DNA of 36,546 nucleotides from Candidatus Aminicenantales bacterium (GTDB lineage: Bacteria > Acidobacteriota > Aminicenantia > Aminicenantales > Saccharicenantaceae): assembly GCA_049512315.1 (NCBI GenBank), contig JBEKXF010000033.1:1-36546 (forward strand). Direction: 5' to 3'. This document shows positions 8,616 to 17,002 of the stretch, in pieces. The notes beneath the pieces are model-generated. The model was not told the DNA's origin and searched no databases. It saw only the letters and a program-made list of their open reading frames with translations. Numbering within the stretch: position 1 is the first letter of the stretch; each line of letters begins with the position of its first letter. Both the position numbers and the translations under genes were made by a program.

Positions 8616-11180
8616 CTAGGGAGGGACTATGCCCAGGCCCCGGGCCAGCTTTTTCAGCCGGCGGATCCTCTCCTCCGGCGGCAGGTCCTCGATGAGCGGC
8701 GAGAGGTAGACTTTGAGGTCTCGGTCCAGAATATTATCCAAGAGCTCAAGGGAATAATCGACGGACTTTTTCGATCCTTGAAGGATATTCTGATAGGCCG
8801 TGACGATATCCTCGGGGGGGTGGATGAGCGCCAGGAGGTCGAAGATCCGCTTGGTCCGGAGGTCAAGGGCGGCCTTCACGTCCGGCCCGGAAACGGAGCA
8901 GTCCCCCCTGGCAGGCCGGCTGTCGCCCTCGGCGAGCAACGCCTCGTAATTTTTCTTGATCAGCGACAGGATCGCGGCCCTGATCTTCGCGACCTTGAAT
9001 CGGACTTTCGGCTGGTTCGAGCGGATCTTGTAAAGCGCGTCGGTGAGCTCCTGCTCCAGATCCTCCTCGCCGCGGGCGAGTTCTCCCGTCAAAACATCGG
9101 CCGCCCTCTGGTTGCCGATCCGGGCCAGGACTTCGGGGATGGCCTGCCGGACCTCCAGCCGCTCCCCGGCGTCCTGAAGATGCTTCCTCAAGACATCTTC
9201 GATCCGGGGGCCGTAGGCCTCGAGAACGTCCTGGGCCGCCTGACGGTTCATCGGGTTTCCGAGGAGCGGGATGATGAGGGGCACGTGCTCTTTCCGGAGG
9301 TGGACGGCCGCGCTGCTCAGGGCATAGTTGAGGACGTCGGGCGATAGGTCCCGGAGGAGGCTTTCAAGGGAGTGAAAAACGTCGGGTGAAGGCTCCATCT
9401 GGCCAATGAGCCTGGCCGCTTCCATCCGCTCGACCTCGGAGGCCGTTTCTTTCCCGACGATCTCGGCGAGGCGCCGCCCCATCAGGAGCTTGAACGAATC
9501 CAGGGCCATGATCTCGCGGACCTGGACCTCGAAGTCCTTATCGCTCAACGTCTCTTCAACCCCCCTGTAGAATACCTCGCCGCCGACATCGAGAAGGGAG
9601 TCCATGGAGCGCGCTTTCATCTCGTTTTCCTGGTAATCGAGGATCTCCATGAGCTCGGGCGTCAGCTTCTCCCTTTTGACGAGCTGGAACAGGTTCATGA
9701 CATAGAGCGTCGAGCTCTTCTCGCGGCTCTGGACGGTGTCGAAGATGAGGCGCGTCACGTCCATGTCCACGTGCTGCTTGACGACCCCGGTCGCGTCCTG
9801 CCATTTTCGCGTCAGGTCTTTCTTCACCACGCTGAGGTATTCGGCATAGATGATCCAGATGAGGGTGATCCAGACGAGGGTGAATCCGACGACAAGGATG
9901 CCGAGGTATCGGATGGGGACGCTGGGTCTGGCCTCCTGATACATAGCGAAGGACAGCGTGTGATAGGCGAGGAAATAGAGGGCGGCGCCGAGCCCCGCGC
10001 CGAACTTGTTTACGAACATGTCGATAAAGATCTTGGCCTTGTATTTAATGTCCGCCGGGACGGGGATATAAAGCAATTCCCTGACGGATTGGCTGATGGT
10101 CGTGTCGAAGGCCCTGTCGGTTCCCCTGAGTAAGCAGGCCCAAACGAGGAGCCCGGACGCGGGAATGAGAAATACGGCCAGCGAGCCCAGGAGGAGCACC
10201 GACGGAGCGACGAGCAGGGCCAGCCGGATGCCGAACTTTTTCAGGACCTGTCCCGTCGTCGCCAGATGGAAGACCGTGGAGAGGACCAGGATGGCCAGAA
10301 AAAACGTCGCGATGAAAGACGTCTGCGTGCTCTTATCCCAGCCCTGGGCCTTGACCATGAAGTTGAACTGGTACTTGACGAGTTGCCCGATGACCATGGC
10401 TGAGGCGAGGACCCCGGCGAGGATCCGGAGATAGCGGTTGCCCCGGACGGTCCGGAAACTCTCCAGATATCCGATCCCGGTGCCGGCCCTGGCCTTATCC
10501 GCTTCCGATCCCGCCCGGGTTGTCTCCCGCTCCTTGTGCAGGAGGTTGACCAAAACGAGCATGAGCAACAGGATGGCCGGGCAGACCAGGATGAGATTGA
10601 CGGGGTTGATCAGGTGGACCAGGCGCGAGGTCAGGAGAGAGCCGCCGATCCCTCCCAGCAGGCCCCCGGTCACCAGAAAACCGATGAGCCGTTTGGCCTG
10701 GTGGGGGTTGAAGAAGTCGTTGACGCCGATCCAGAACTGGGTGACGGACATGGCGATGAAGATATCGGACCAGAAGCTGAAGATGAATACGAAGGGGACC
10801 CAGCTCCGCTGGGCCAGCGGAAGAAGGGAGCCTATGATGAACGTCCTCCGGGTGTTCAGCCAGAAAACGAACCAGAAGAAGAGGAGATTCGAGGCGAAGA
10901 AGATGAGCGTGGAGGAGGCGTATGTTCTCCGCGGCAGGCGGGCGAGAAGCCTGGCGTTGAAGGCGATGACGAAGCCGATCAGGACGGCTGTGATAAGGTC
11001 CGCGTAAGGCCACCAGGCGGGGTTGACGCCGATCACGAAGCTTTCCTTGATCGCCTTGATGATATAAAAGGTGAACGTGATCAGGAAAAACTGGAAGAAG
11101 AGGAAGAGGGCGGACCGGACCTCATCCGACCGGACATCGGCAACCTTCCTCAGGAGCCGATAAAGCCGGGCATCGTTCAA
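8616..11180 (-). CDS. NTT/TLC-family transporter fused to a C-terminal HEAT/PBS-repeat region
   Basis: N-terminal ~450 aa: FYIIKAIKES, FWIGVNDFFNPHQAKRLIG, RELLYIPVP..KYKAKIFIDMFVNKFG. C-terminal helical repeats (ERMEAARLIG, VLNYALSSA, VRQAIPEVLARIG). TTG start with a G-rich SD. Confidence 0.85.
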   Translation of the reverse strand: MNDARLYRLLRKVADVRSDEVRSALFLFFQFFLITFTFYIIKAIKESFVIGVNPAWWPYADLITAVLIGFVIAFNARLLARLPRRTYASSTLIFFASNLLFFWFVFWLNTRRTFIIGSLLPLAQRSWVPFVFIFSFWSDIFIAMSVTQFWIGVNDFFNPHQAKRLIGFLVTGGLLGGIGGSLLTSRLVHLINPVNLILVCPAILLLMLVLVNLLHKERETTRAGSEADKARAGTGIGYLESFRTVRGNRYLRILAGVLASAMVIGQLVKYQFNFMVKAQGWDKSTQTSFIATFFLAILVLSTVFHLATTGQVLKKFGIRLALLVAPSVLLLGSLAVFLIPASGLLVWACLLRGTDRAFDTTISQSVRELLYIPVPADIKYKAKIFIDMFVNKFGAGLGAALYFLAYHTLSFAMYQEARPSVPIRYLGILVVGFTLVWITLIWIIYAEYLSVVKKDLTRKWQDATGVVKQHVDMDVTRLIFDTVQSREKSSTLYVMNLFQLVKREKLTPELMEILDYQENEMKARSMDSLLDVGGEVFYRGVEETLSDKDFEVQVREIMALDSFKLLMGRRLAEIVGKETASEVERMEAARLIGQMEPSPDVFHSLESLLRDLSPDVLNYALSSAAVHLRKEHVPLIIPLLGNPMNRQAAQDVLEAYGPRIEDVLRKHLQDAGERLEVRQAIPEVLARIGNQRAADVLTGELARGEEDLEQELTDALYKIRSNQPKVRFKVAKIRAAILSLIKKNYEALLAEGDSRPARGDCSVSGPDVKAALDLRTKRIFDLLALIHPPEDIVTAYQNILQGSKKSVDYSLELLDNILDRDLKVYLSPLIEDLPPEERIRRLKKLARGLGIVPP

Positions 11181-11211
11181 CGGACGCCCCCCTCTTCAGG
11201 CCGGCGGGATG

Positions 11212-11559
11212 TCAAGGTTTTCCGAAGCTCTCCAGGGCGGCGGCCTCATCCTCGTAGATACTGAGGACCCGGATCAGCCCCGTGACCTGGAAGATGAGGT
11301 ACAGCCTCTTGGAGATCCGGACGAGCTTGAGCTTCCCTCCAAGGTTGCTAGTCGAGATGTAGCTGGCCAGGATCTCGCCGACGCCGAAACTGTCGACGAA
11401 CTCGACCTTTTCGAAGTTGAGAAGGATGTCCCTCTTGCCGTGTTCCAATTGGGTCTTGACGAGTTGGTGGAGGGTCGCGTCCGTCATGTCGGAGCGGCGG
11501 ATCTCCCCGTCGATATCGAAAATGATGATGCTATTATAGTCCCGAGTCTTGATATCCAT
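11212..11559 (-). CDS. STAS-domain anti-anti-sigma factor (RsbV/SpoIIAA-like)
   Basis: LLNFEKVEFVDSFGVGEIL with phosphoacceptor Ser; GGKLKL; IFQVTGL. Confidence 0.9.
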   Translation of the reverse strand: MDIKTRDYNSIIIFDIDGEIRRSDMTDATLHQLVKTQLEHGKRDILLNFEKVEFVDSFGVGEILASYISTSNLGGKLKLVRISKRLYLIFQVTGLIRVLSIYEDEAAALESFGKP

Positions 11560-11665
11560 CGTTTCCCGCCTTCGCTTATGTGTTTATCAAAAGCCCCGGA
11601 GAAAGTCAATAAGGGGTGGCCCGGCCCCGCCGTCTCTGATAAAATGCCGGCGAAAGGAGGCTCCC

Positions 11666-11857
11666 ATGCCGCTGATCGAGATCCACCTGCTCGAGGGCCG
11701 GACGGACGAGCAGAAAAAAGCCCTCCTCGCCGCGGTCACCCGGGCTGTTCACGAATCCATCAACGCCCCGCTCGAGACGATCCGGGTCTGGGTCCAGGAA
11801 TTCTCCTCGAAGGAGTACATGGCCGCCGGCCTCCTAGCTGCTGAAAAGAAAGAATAG
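11666..11857 (+). CDS. 4-oxalocrotonate tautomerase family protein (63 aa)
   Basis: MPLIEIHLLEGRTDEQKKALL with catalytic Pro1; SD AAGGAGG before ATG 11666 (track start 11549 too long). Confidence 0.92.
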   Translation: MPLIEIHLLEGRTDEQKKALLAAVTRAVHESINAPLETIRVWVQEFSSKEYMAAGLLAAEKKE

Positions 11858-11902
11858 CGGCCGACGGGGAGCGGCGGGGAGCGGAGTCTTCGGAGCGACC
11901 GG

Positions 11903-11939
11903 CAGAATTGCGGCTGAGCGGCTCGAAGCTGCAATTCTG
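11903..11939. terminator. Inverted repeat between convergent genes; possible terminator or REP-like hairpin
   Basis: CAGAATTGCGGCT ... AGCTGCAATTCTG, 13-bp stem with one G-U pair; no strong U-tract. Confidence 0.45.
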
Positions 11940-12026
11940 GTAAATATCTGAATCAAATCTTGGTGAGTCTAACTTTTCACCCATCCGCTTCAGCCATCCC
12001 GTACGCGGGCGGCTTCATGAATCGAT

Positions 12027-13514
12027 TCAGGATGTGCGTTTGGCAAGCGTCTTCCGTAGGAAGAAGACCGGGATGCCCAGGAGGACGATGATCAGCCCCG
12101 GGAACGTGTATTTCGTCTTGAAGACCAGGAGGTCGACAGCGAGCGCGGCCGCGAAAACAATGTAGAGCGCCGGGACGACCGGGTATCCCCAGGCCTTGTA
12201 GGGCCTCTCCGCGTCGGGCCGCTTTTTCCGGAGAATGAAGATCCCCGAGACGATCAGGGCGAAGAAGATGAGCACCGCGAAGATGACATAGTCCAGGAGG
12301 TCGCTGTAGGTCCCGCTCAGGCAGAGCAGGCTGGCCCAGACGCATTGGACGACGAGGGCCGTCCCCGGGACCGACTTCCGGTTCAGATTCCCCGTGACCT
12401 TGAAGAACAGCCCGTCCTTGGCCATGGCGTAGTAGACCCGGGCGCCGGACAGGATCAGGCCGTTGTTGCAGCCGAAGGTCGAGATCATGATCAGGGCGGC
12501 CATGATGACCGCCGCCGGGCCACCGAAGATCATCCCGGCGGCCGCGGTCCCGACGCGGTCGAACTGGGCGAACTGGATGCCCCGGCCGAGGGCGTCGGCC
12601 GCCTCGGGGCTGCCGTGTACGGGGAGGGTCACGACGTACCCGACGTTGGCCAGAAAATAGAGGAAGATGACGATCCCGGCCCCGAGGAAGAGGCTTAGCG
12701 GGATATTCCGCTTGGGGTTCTTGACCTCCCCGGCGATGTAGGTCACCGTATACCAGGCGTCCGAAGCGAAGAGCGAGCCGACCATGGCCGCGCCTATGGC
12801 CGCCAGGACCATGAGCCCTGTCAGCGGCTCCACGGAGAGGATCTTCCCGTCGGCCATGTGCGTCCAGCTCGCCTTCCAGAAGACGGCCAGGTTGGCCTTG
12901 ATCGCCGTGGCGTTGGCCCCGACGATGAACCCGAGCAGGATGAGTCCGGACAGGGCAACGGTTTTGGTCACGGTGAAGATGCCCTGGATGGCCTTTCCCG
13001 TCCGCAGCCCCCGCATGTTGAGATAGGTCAGGACGACGATGCTGGCGATGGCCAGGACCTGGGCGGCGGTGATGTTCCGGCCGAGGACCCTCAAAAGGAC
13101 GTGGCGCTCGCTAAACCAGGGGACGATCAGGCCCGTGAACTTGGCGAAGGCGACCCCGACCGCGGCGATCGTCCCCGTCTGGATGACAAGGAACGTCGTC
13201 CAGCCGTAGAGGAACCCGATGAGCGGGTTGTAGGCTTCGCGGAGGTAGACGTAGAGCCCGCCGGCGTGGGGCATCATCCCGGCCAGCTCGCCGTAGCTCA
13301 GGGCGCCGATGATGGTGACGACGCCCGTGATGAGCCAGACGAGGAGCAGGAGCCCGGGAGACCCGACCGTCCGGGCGATGTCGGCGCTGACGATGAAGAT
13401 GCCGGAGCCGATCATGGCCCCCATGACGACCATCATGGCGTCGAAAAGGGACATCTCGCGCTTGAACTCGCGGACCTCGGCGGAGGGCGCGGACGGAGCG
13501 GGGCTGATGTTCAT
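12027..13514 (-). CDS. APC-family amino acid permease (LAT/SteT-like)
   Basis: [50 protein letters not shown] overlap with the upstream permease. Confidence 0.93.
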   Translation of the reverse strand: MNISPAPSAPSAEVREFKREMSLFDAMMVVMGAMIGSGIFIVSADIARTVGSPGLLLLVWLITGVVTIIGALSYGELAGMMPHAGGLYVYLREAYNPLIGFLYGWTTFLVIQTGTIAAVGVAFAKFTGLIVPWFSERHVLLRVLGRNITAAQVLAIASIVVLTYLNMRGLRTGKAIQGIFTVTKTVALSGLILLGFIVGANATAIKANLAVFWKASWTHMADGKILSVEPLTGLMVLAAIGAAMVGSLFASDAWYTVTYIAGEVKNPKRNIPLSLFLGAGIVIFLYFLANVGYVVTLPVHGSPEAADALGRGIQFAQFDRVGTAAAGMIFGGPAAVIMAALIMISTFGCNNGLILSGARVYYAMAKDGLFFKVTGNLNRKSVPGTALVVQCVWASLLCLSGTYSDLLDYVIFAVLIFFALIVSGIFILRKKRPDAERPYKAWGYPVVPALYIVFAAALAVDLLVFKTKYTFPGLIIVLLGIPVFFLRKTLAKRTS

Positions 13515-15007
13515 GCGATCCTCCTCGGCTCAACACGGTCGGCCGGGCCGGCCGTCTCGGGATGTCTCTGCTTGCTCTTGCGGATGCCGTAGGTGAAGTA
13601 GATGACGAGGCCGATCGCCATCCAGACGATCAGCCGGATCCAGGTGTCGCGGGGCAGCCCGGACATCAGGTAGAGGCAGCTCAGGATGCCGAGGACCGGG
13701 ATGAACGGGACCAGGGGTGTCCGGAAGGGCCTCGGGAGGTCCGGCTGCGTATAGCGCAGGACGAGGACGCCCCCGCAGACGATAACGAAGGCGAACAGGG
13801 TCCCGATGCTGACCAGCTCGCCGACGATGCCGATCGGCAGGACCGAGGCCGCGAGGGCGACGACGATCCCGGTGGCGATGGTCGTGACGTACGGAGTTTT
13901 GTGCTTGGGGTGGACGCGGGCCATGACCGGGGGCAGCAGCCCGTCCTTGGCCATGGTGAAGAAGATCCTCGGCTGGCCGATGAGCTGGACCATCATGACC
14001 GAGACGAGCCCGAAGATGGCCGCGATCTTTATGAGCGGCGACAGCCACATGAGCCGCATGGCGTCGATGGCCACGGCCACCGGGGCGGCCACGTTCAGCT
14101 GCGAATAGGGAACGACGCCCGTCAGGACCAGGGAAAAAACGATGTAAAGCGCGGTGCAGGCGAACAGGCTGCCGAGGATGCCGAAGGGCATGTCCTTCTT
14201 CGGGTTCTTGGCCTCCTGGGCGGCCGTGGACACGGCGTCGAACCCCAGGTAGGCGAAGAACATGACCCCGGCCCCGCGCAGGATTCCGCTCAGGCCGAAG
14301 AACCCGAACTGGCCCCGGTTCGGCGGGATGAAGGGTTTCCAGAGCGCCGGCTTGATGAAAAAGAGCCCGGCTCCGATAAAGACGAGGATGATGGCGATCT
14401 TGAGGAAGACGATGACCGAGTTGATCGTCGCCGATTCCCTGATGCCGATGACGAGGACGAACGTGATGACGGCGATGATGAGCGCCGCCGGCAGGTTGAT
14501 GAGGGCCCCGGTCTTCGTCCAAGTGCTTGTCTGGGGGTTGAAGGCATAGGGCGCGGAGGCCAGGAAGGCGGGGAACCTGATCCCCAGGTTCGTCTCAAGG
14601 AAGTTCACCAGGTAGCCCGACCAGCCGATGGCGACCGTCGTCGCGCCCAGCGAGTATTCGAGGATGAGGTCCCAGCCGATGATCCAGGCGAAGATCTCGC
14701 CGAGGGTCGAGTACGCGTAGGTATAGGCGCTCCCGGCGATGGGGATGAGCGAGGCGAACTCCGCGTAGCAGAGGCCGGCGAAGGAGCAGGTCAGCCCGGC
14801 CAGGACGAAGGACAGGGTCACGGCCGGACCCGCGTACTGGGCCGCCGCGTGCCCGGTGATGACGAAGATCCCAGCTCCGACGATGGCGCCCACGCCCATG
14901 AAGAGGAGGTGCCACGGGCCGAGGACCCTCCGGAGCCCCGATGTCTCGGAGGACGCCTCCCGGGAGAGCTGGTCGATGGATTTCTTGGCCACCAGGTCCC
15001 TGATCAT
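13511..15007 (-). CDS. APC-family amino acid permease (CAT/YfnA-like)
   Basis: [49 protein letters not shown]. Confidence 0.93.
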   Translation of the reverse strand: MIRDLVAKKSIDQLSREASSETSGLRRVLGPWHLLFMGVGAIVGAGIFVITGHAAAQYAGPAVTLSFVLAGLTCSFAGLCYAEFASLIPIAGSAYTYAYSTLGEIFAWIIGWDLILEYSLGATTVAIGWSGYLVNFLETNLGIRFPAFLASAPYAFNPQTSTWTKTGALINLPAALIIAVITFVLVIGIRESATINSVIVFLKIAIILVFIGAGLFFIKPALWKPFIPPNRGQFGFFGLSGILRGAGVMFFAYLGFDAVSTAAQEAKNPKKDMPFGILGSLFACTALYIVFSLVLTGVVPYSQLNVAAPVAVAIDAMRLMWLSPLIKIAAIFGLVSVMMVQLIGQPRIFFTMAKDGLLPPVMARVHPKHKTPYVTTIATGIVVALAASVLPIGIVGELVSIGTLFAFVIVCGGVLVLRYTQPDLPRPFRTPLVPFIPVLGILSCLYLMSGLPRDTWIRLIVWMAIGLVIYFTYGIRKSKQRHPETAGPADRVEPRRIA

Positions 15008-15090
15008 GGAGTTCCTTTCGGGAAAGACGAGGCGGCGACCGTCAGCGGTTCGGTTGTCGTCGGGGATATGGGTGCCATAGGAAAGCCGAT

Positions 15091-15119
15091 TTTATAACAC
15101 AGGGCGCCGGGGTTGTCAA
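15091..15119 (-). promoter_or_regulatory. Sigma70-like promoter of the permease operon
   Basis: Minus strand TTGACA-17 bp-TATAAA with TGn extension. Confidence 0.65.
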
Positions 15120-15135
15120 AATCAAAGGGGTGATT

Positions 15136-16833
15136 TTATCGCTTCGCCTCCTTGGCTTGGAGACCGGCCACCCGCTTCTGGTATTCCACGAGAGCGAAAC
15201 GGGTTGCGGACCCCGGCTCGGAGAGGAGCTTGAAAAGGGCAGCCAACTGGGGTTCTCCCGTGGCGTCGAGATGGATGTCATAGTAGCCGGTCGCTTTGAC
15301 GAAGACTGATCTGTCGAGGCCGGCCACACGGGCCGGAGCCGGGAAGACGGCTTCAGCCCAGTCCCCCCGGGCCGGAGCGGTGAGATAGTCATCGTCGTCC
15401 GCTACGATTTTCGCCCGGACGTCCCGGCCGGTCCTATCGACGGCGGCCGCGGCCGCGATCTCGGAAGACCGGACCGTGATATCGTCGCTATAATCCACGG
15501 CCAGCTCATTGAACATCCAGAAATTTACCGGCGGCCGCAATCTGATTTTGAGGGTGAGCCCCTCGACATCGCTGATATCAAGGACGTAAGCCTTGTCCTT
15601 GGAAATGAAGGGCCCTCCCCCGTTGAGCACACCCTTGACCTTCCACCCGTCCCTGGTCTCCACCCAGATTCTAAGCAGGAATAGCTCCTCGTTTCGGGCC
15701 CAATTCGTATAAATGCCATAGAACGGCCCGCGCCTGTTCATCTCGGCATAAAGCCCGGGCAGACTGCGCCCCGGCAGCTCCAGGAATTTCCTGGCCACCG
15801 CCGATCCCCAATGCGTCGTCCAGGCGTTGGCCAGGAGCTTGGCCTGGCGCGCGCCGGCGGGCTTGGGAAACTCCAGGGTGAGCTCGTCCCTCAGGTCTTG
15901 GCTTTTTGCCGGGTCTTTCCCATCGACCTGGCTGAGCCAGAAAGACCTGTCATTCGCGGCGACCAGGGGCCTGATATCCCGGCCCGTCTGATCGACCGCC
16001 TTGTCAGGCGTCACGAGCTTGGAGAAGGTATGAAACCCGCCCAGAGCGTCGGGCACGACCTTCACCCCCTCGGGATGGTCGACGACGACGAGCTTCAGCT
16101 CGTCCGTGTTCTGGGTTTCGTCAAGCTCGTTAGCAATCCTAACCTTATAATGGCCGCCGGTTTCACGCAGATGATCCAGCGAGGCCCATTCCGTCCTCTT
16201 CAACGCCTGACAAATGGCCGTCCCGTAGGGCTCGGCATCGAAGACGTATTGTTTTCCATCAAAAGAGTAAATGAACGGGCAGGACTCAGCATGGCTGAGG
16301 GTCTTATTTAGGGCATGGAAAAAGACGGCCGCAGAGATGATGGCCGCCACGAGGACCACGCCCCCGACCACCAGACCGTTGTAGAGAAAAGTCTTTCCCT
16401 GATCGACGCTCCTGAGCCAGATCAGCTCGACCTCGGAGAGGGGAATGGAAACGGGGACGGTTCCGACCGTGACCATTCCCTCCTTGCCTTCGCCCGCGTT
16501 GACCACCCGGTGGATCTTGCCGTCCTTGGTCGTGACCTCCATGATCTTGCCCCGGTCGTCCCGTTTCTCCGTCTTGATGTCCGCGGGATCGATGGGGGAA
16601 ATCTCTTGAGCCTCTCCCACGATGAGATCATTCTTGATGAACGCCCTGTGTCCCTTGGGAAACTCGAAGGTTTTGCCGGCCTTTGTCTGGACGGCCGTGA
16701 TTTCTGCGCCCGCAAGAGCTCCTGCCGGCTGTCCTTCAACGCTCTCCTGTTTGACTTTGTAGACCTTGAAGCAAGAAACCGAAAAGAGCATGAAGGCAAG
16801 CAGCGTGAAGACTGCGGTGGCTTTCTTGACCAT
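15136..16833 (-). CDS. Uncharacterised lipoprotein with an internal TM segment and an SCPF-motif domain
   Basis: Lipobox-like FSVSC; hydrophobic GLVVGGVVLVAAIISAAVFF; SCPFIYSFDG and DELKLVVVDHP motifs; SD AAGGAGG. Confidence 0.7.
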   Translation of the reverse strand: MVKKATAVFTLLAFMLFSVSCFKVYKVKQESVEGQPAGALAGAEITAVQTKAGKTFEFPKGHRAFIKNDLIVGEAQEISPIDPADIKTEKRDDRGKIMEVTTKDGKIHRVVNAGEGKEGMVTVGTVPVSIPLSEVELIWLRSVDQGKTFLYNGLVVGGVVLVAAIISAAVFFHALNKTLSHAESCPFIYSFDGKQYVFDAEPYGTAICQALKRTEWASLDHLRETGGHYKVRIANELDETQNTDELKLVVVDHPEGVKVVPDALGGFHTFSKLVTPDKAVDQTGRDIRPLVAANDRSFWLSQVDGKDPAKSQDLRDELTLEFPKPAGARQAKLLANAWTTHWGSAVARKFLELPGRSLPGLYAEMNRRGPFYGIYTNWARNEELFLLRIWVETRDGWKVKGVLNGGGPFISKDKAYVLDISDVEGLTLKIRLRPPVNFWMFNELAVDYSDDITVRSSEIAAAAAVDRTGRDVRAKIVADDDDYLTAPARGDWAEAVFPAPARVAGLDRSVFVKATGYYDIHLDATGEPQLAALFKLLSEPGSATRFALVEYQKRVAGLQAKEAKR

Positions 16834-17002
16834 TTCACCCTCCTTTGAGCGTGCAACAAGGAGGATCCCCGCAAAATGCCATCGGCCCCCCCGGGAATCC
16901 GTCCTCTCTGACGATCAATATAGCGCGGACGAGGCAAAAGTTGTCAAGATTCGGTCAAGATTCTCAAAATCTTTCGTCAAGGAAAGCGGCCGATTCTGTT
17001 CG

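Noticed and set aside
13562..15097. 511-aa + strand ORF, and similar long ORFs at 21104-22528, 17561-18730, 31807-33447, 8547-9347 and 4953-5810
   Set aside because: Antisense shadows of well-supported genes, expected in high-GC DNA; no motifs of their own.
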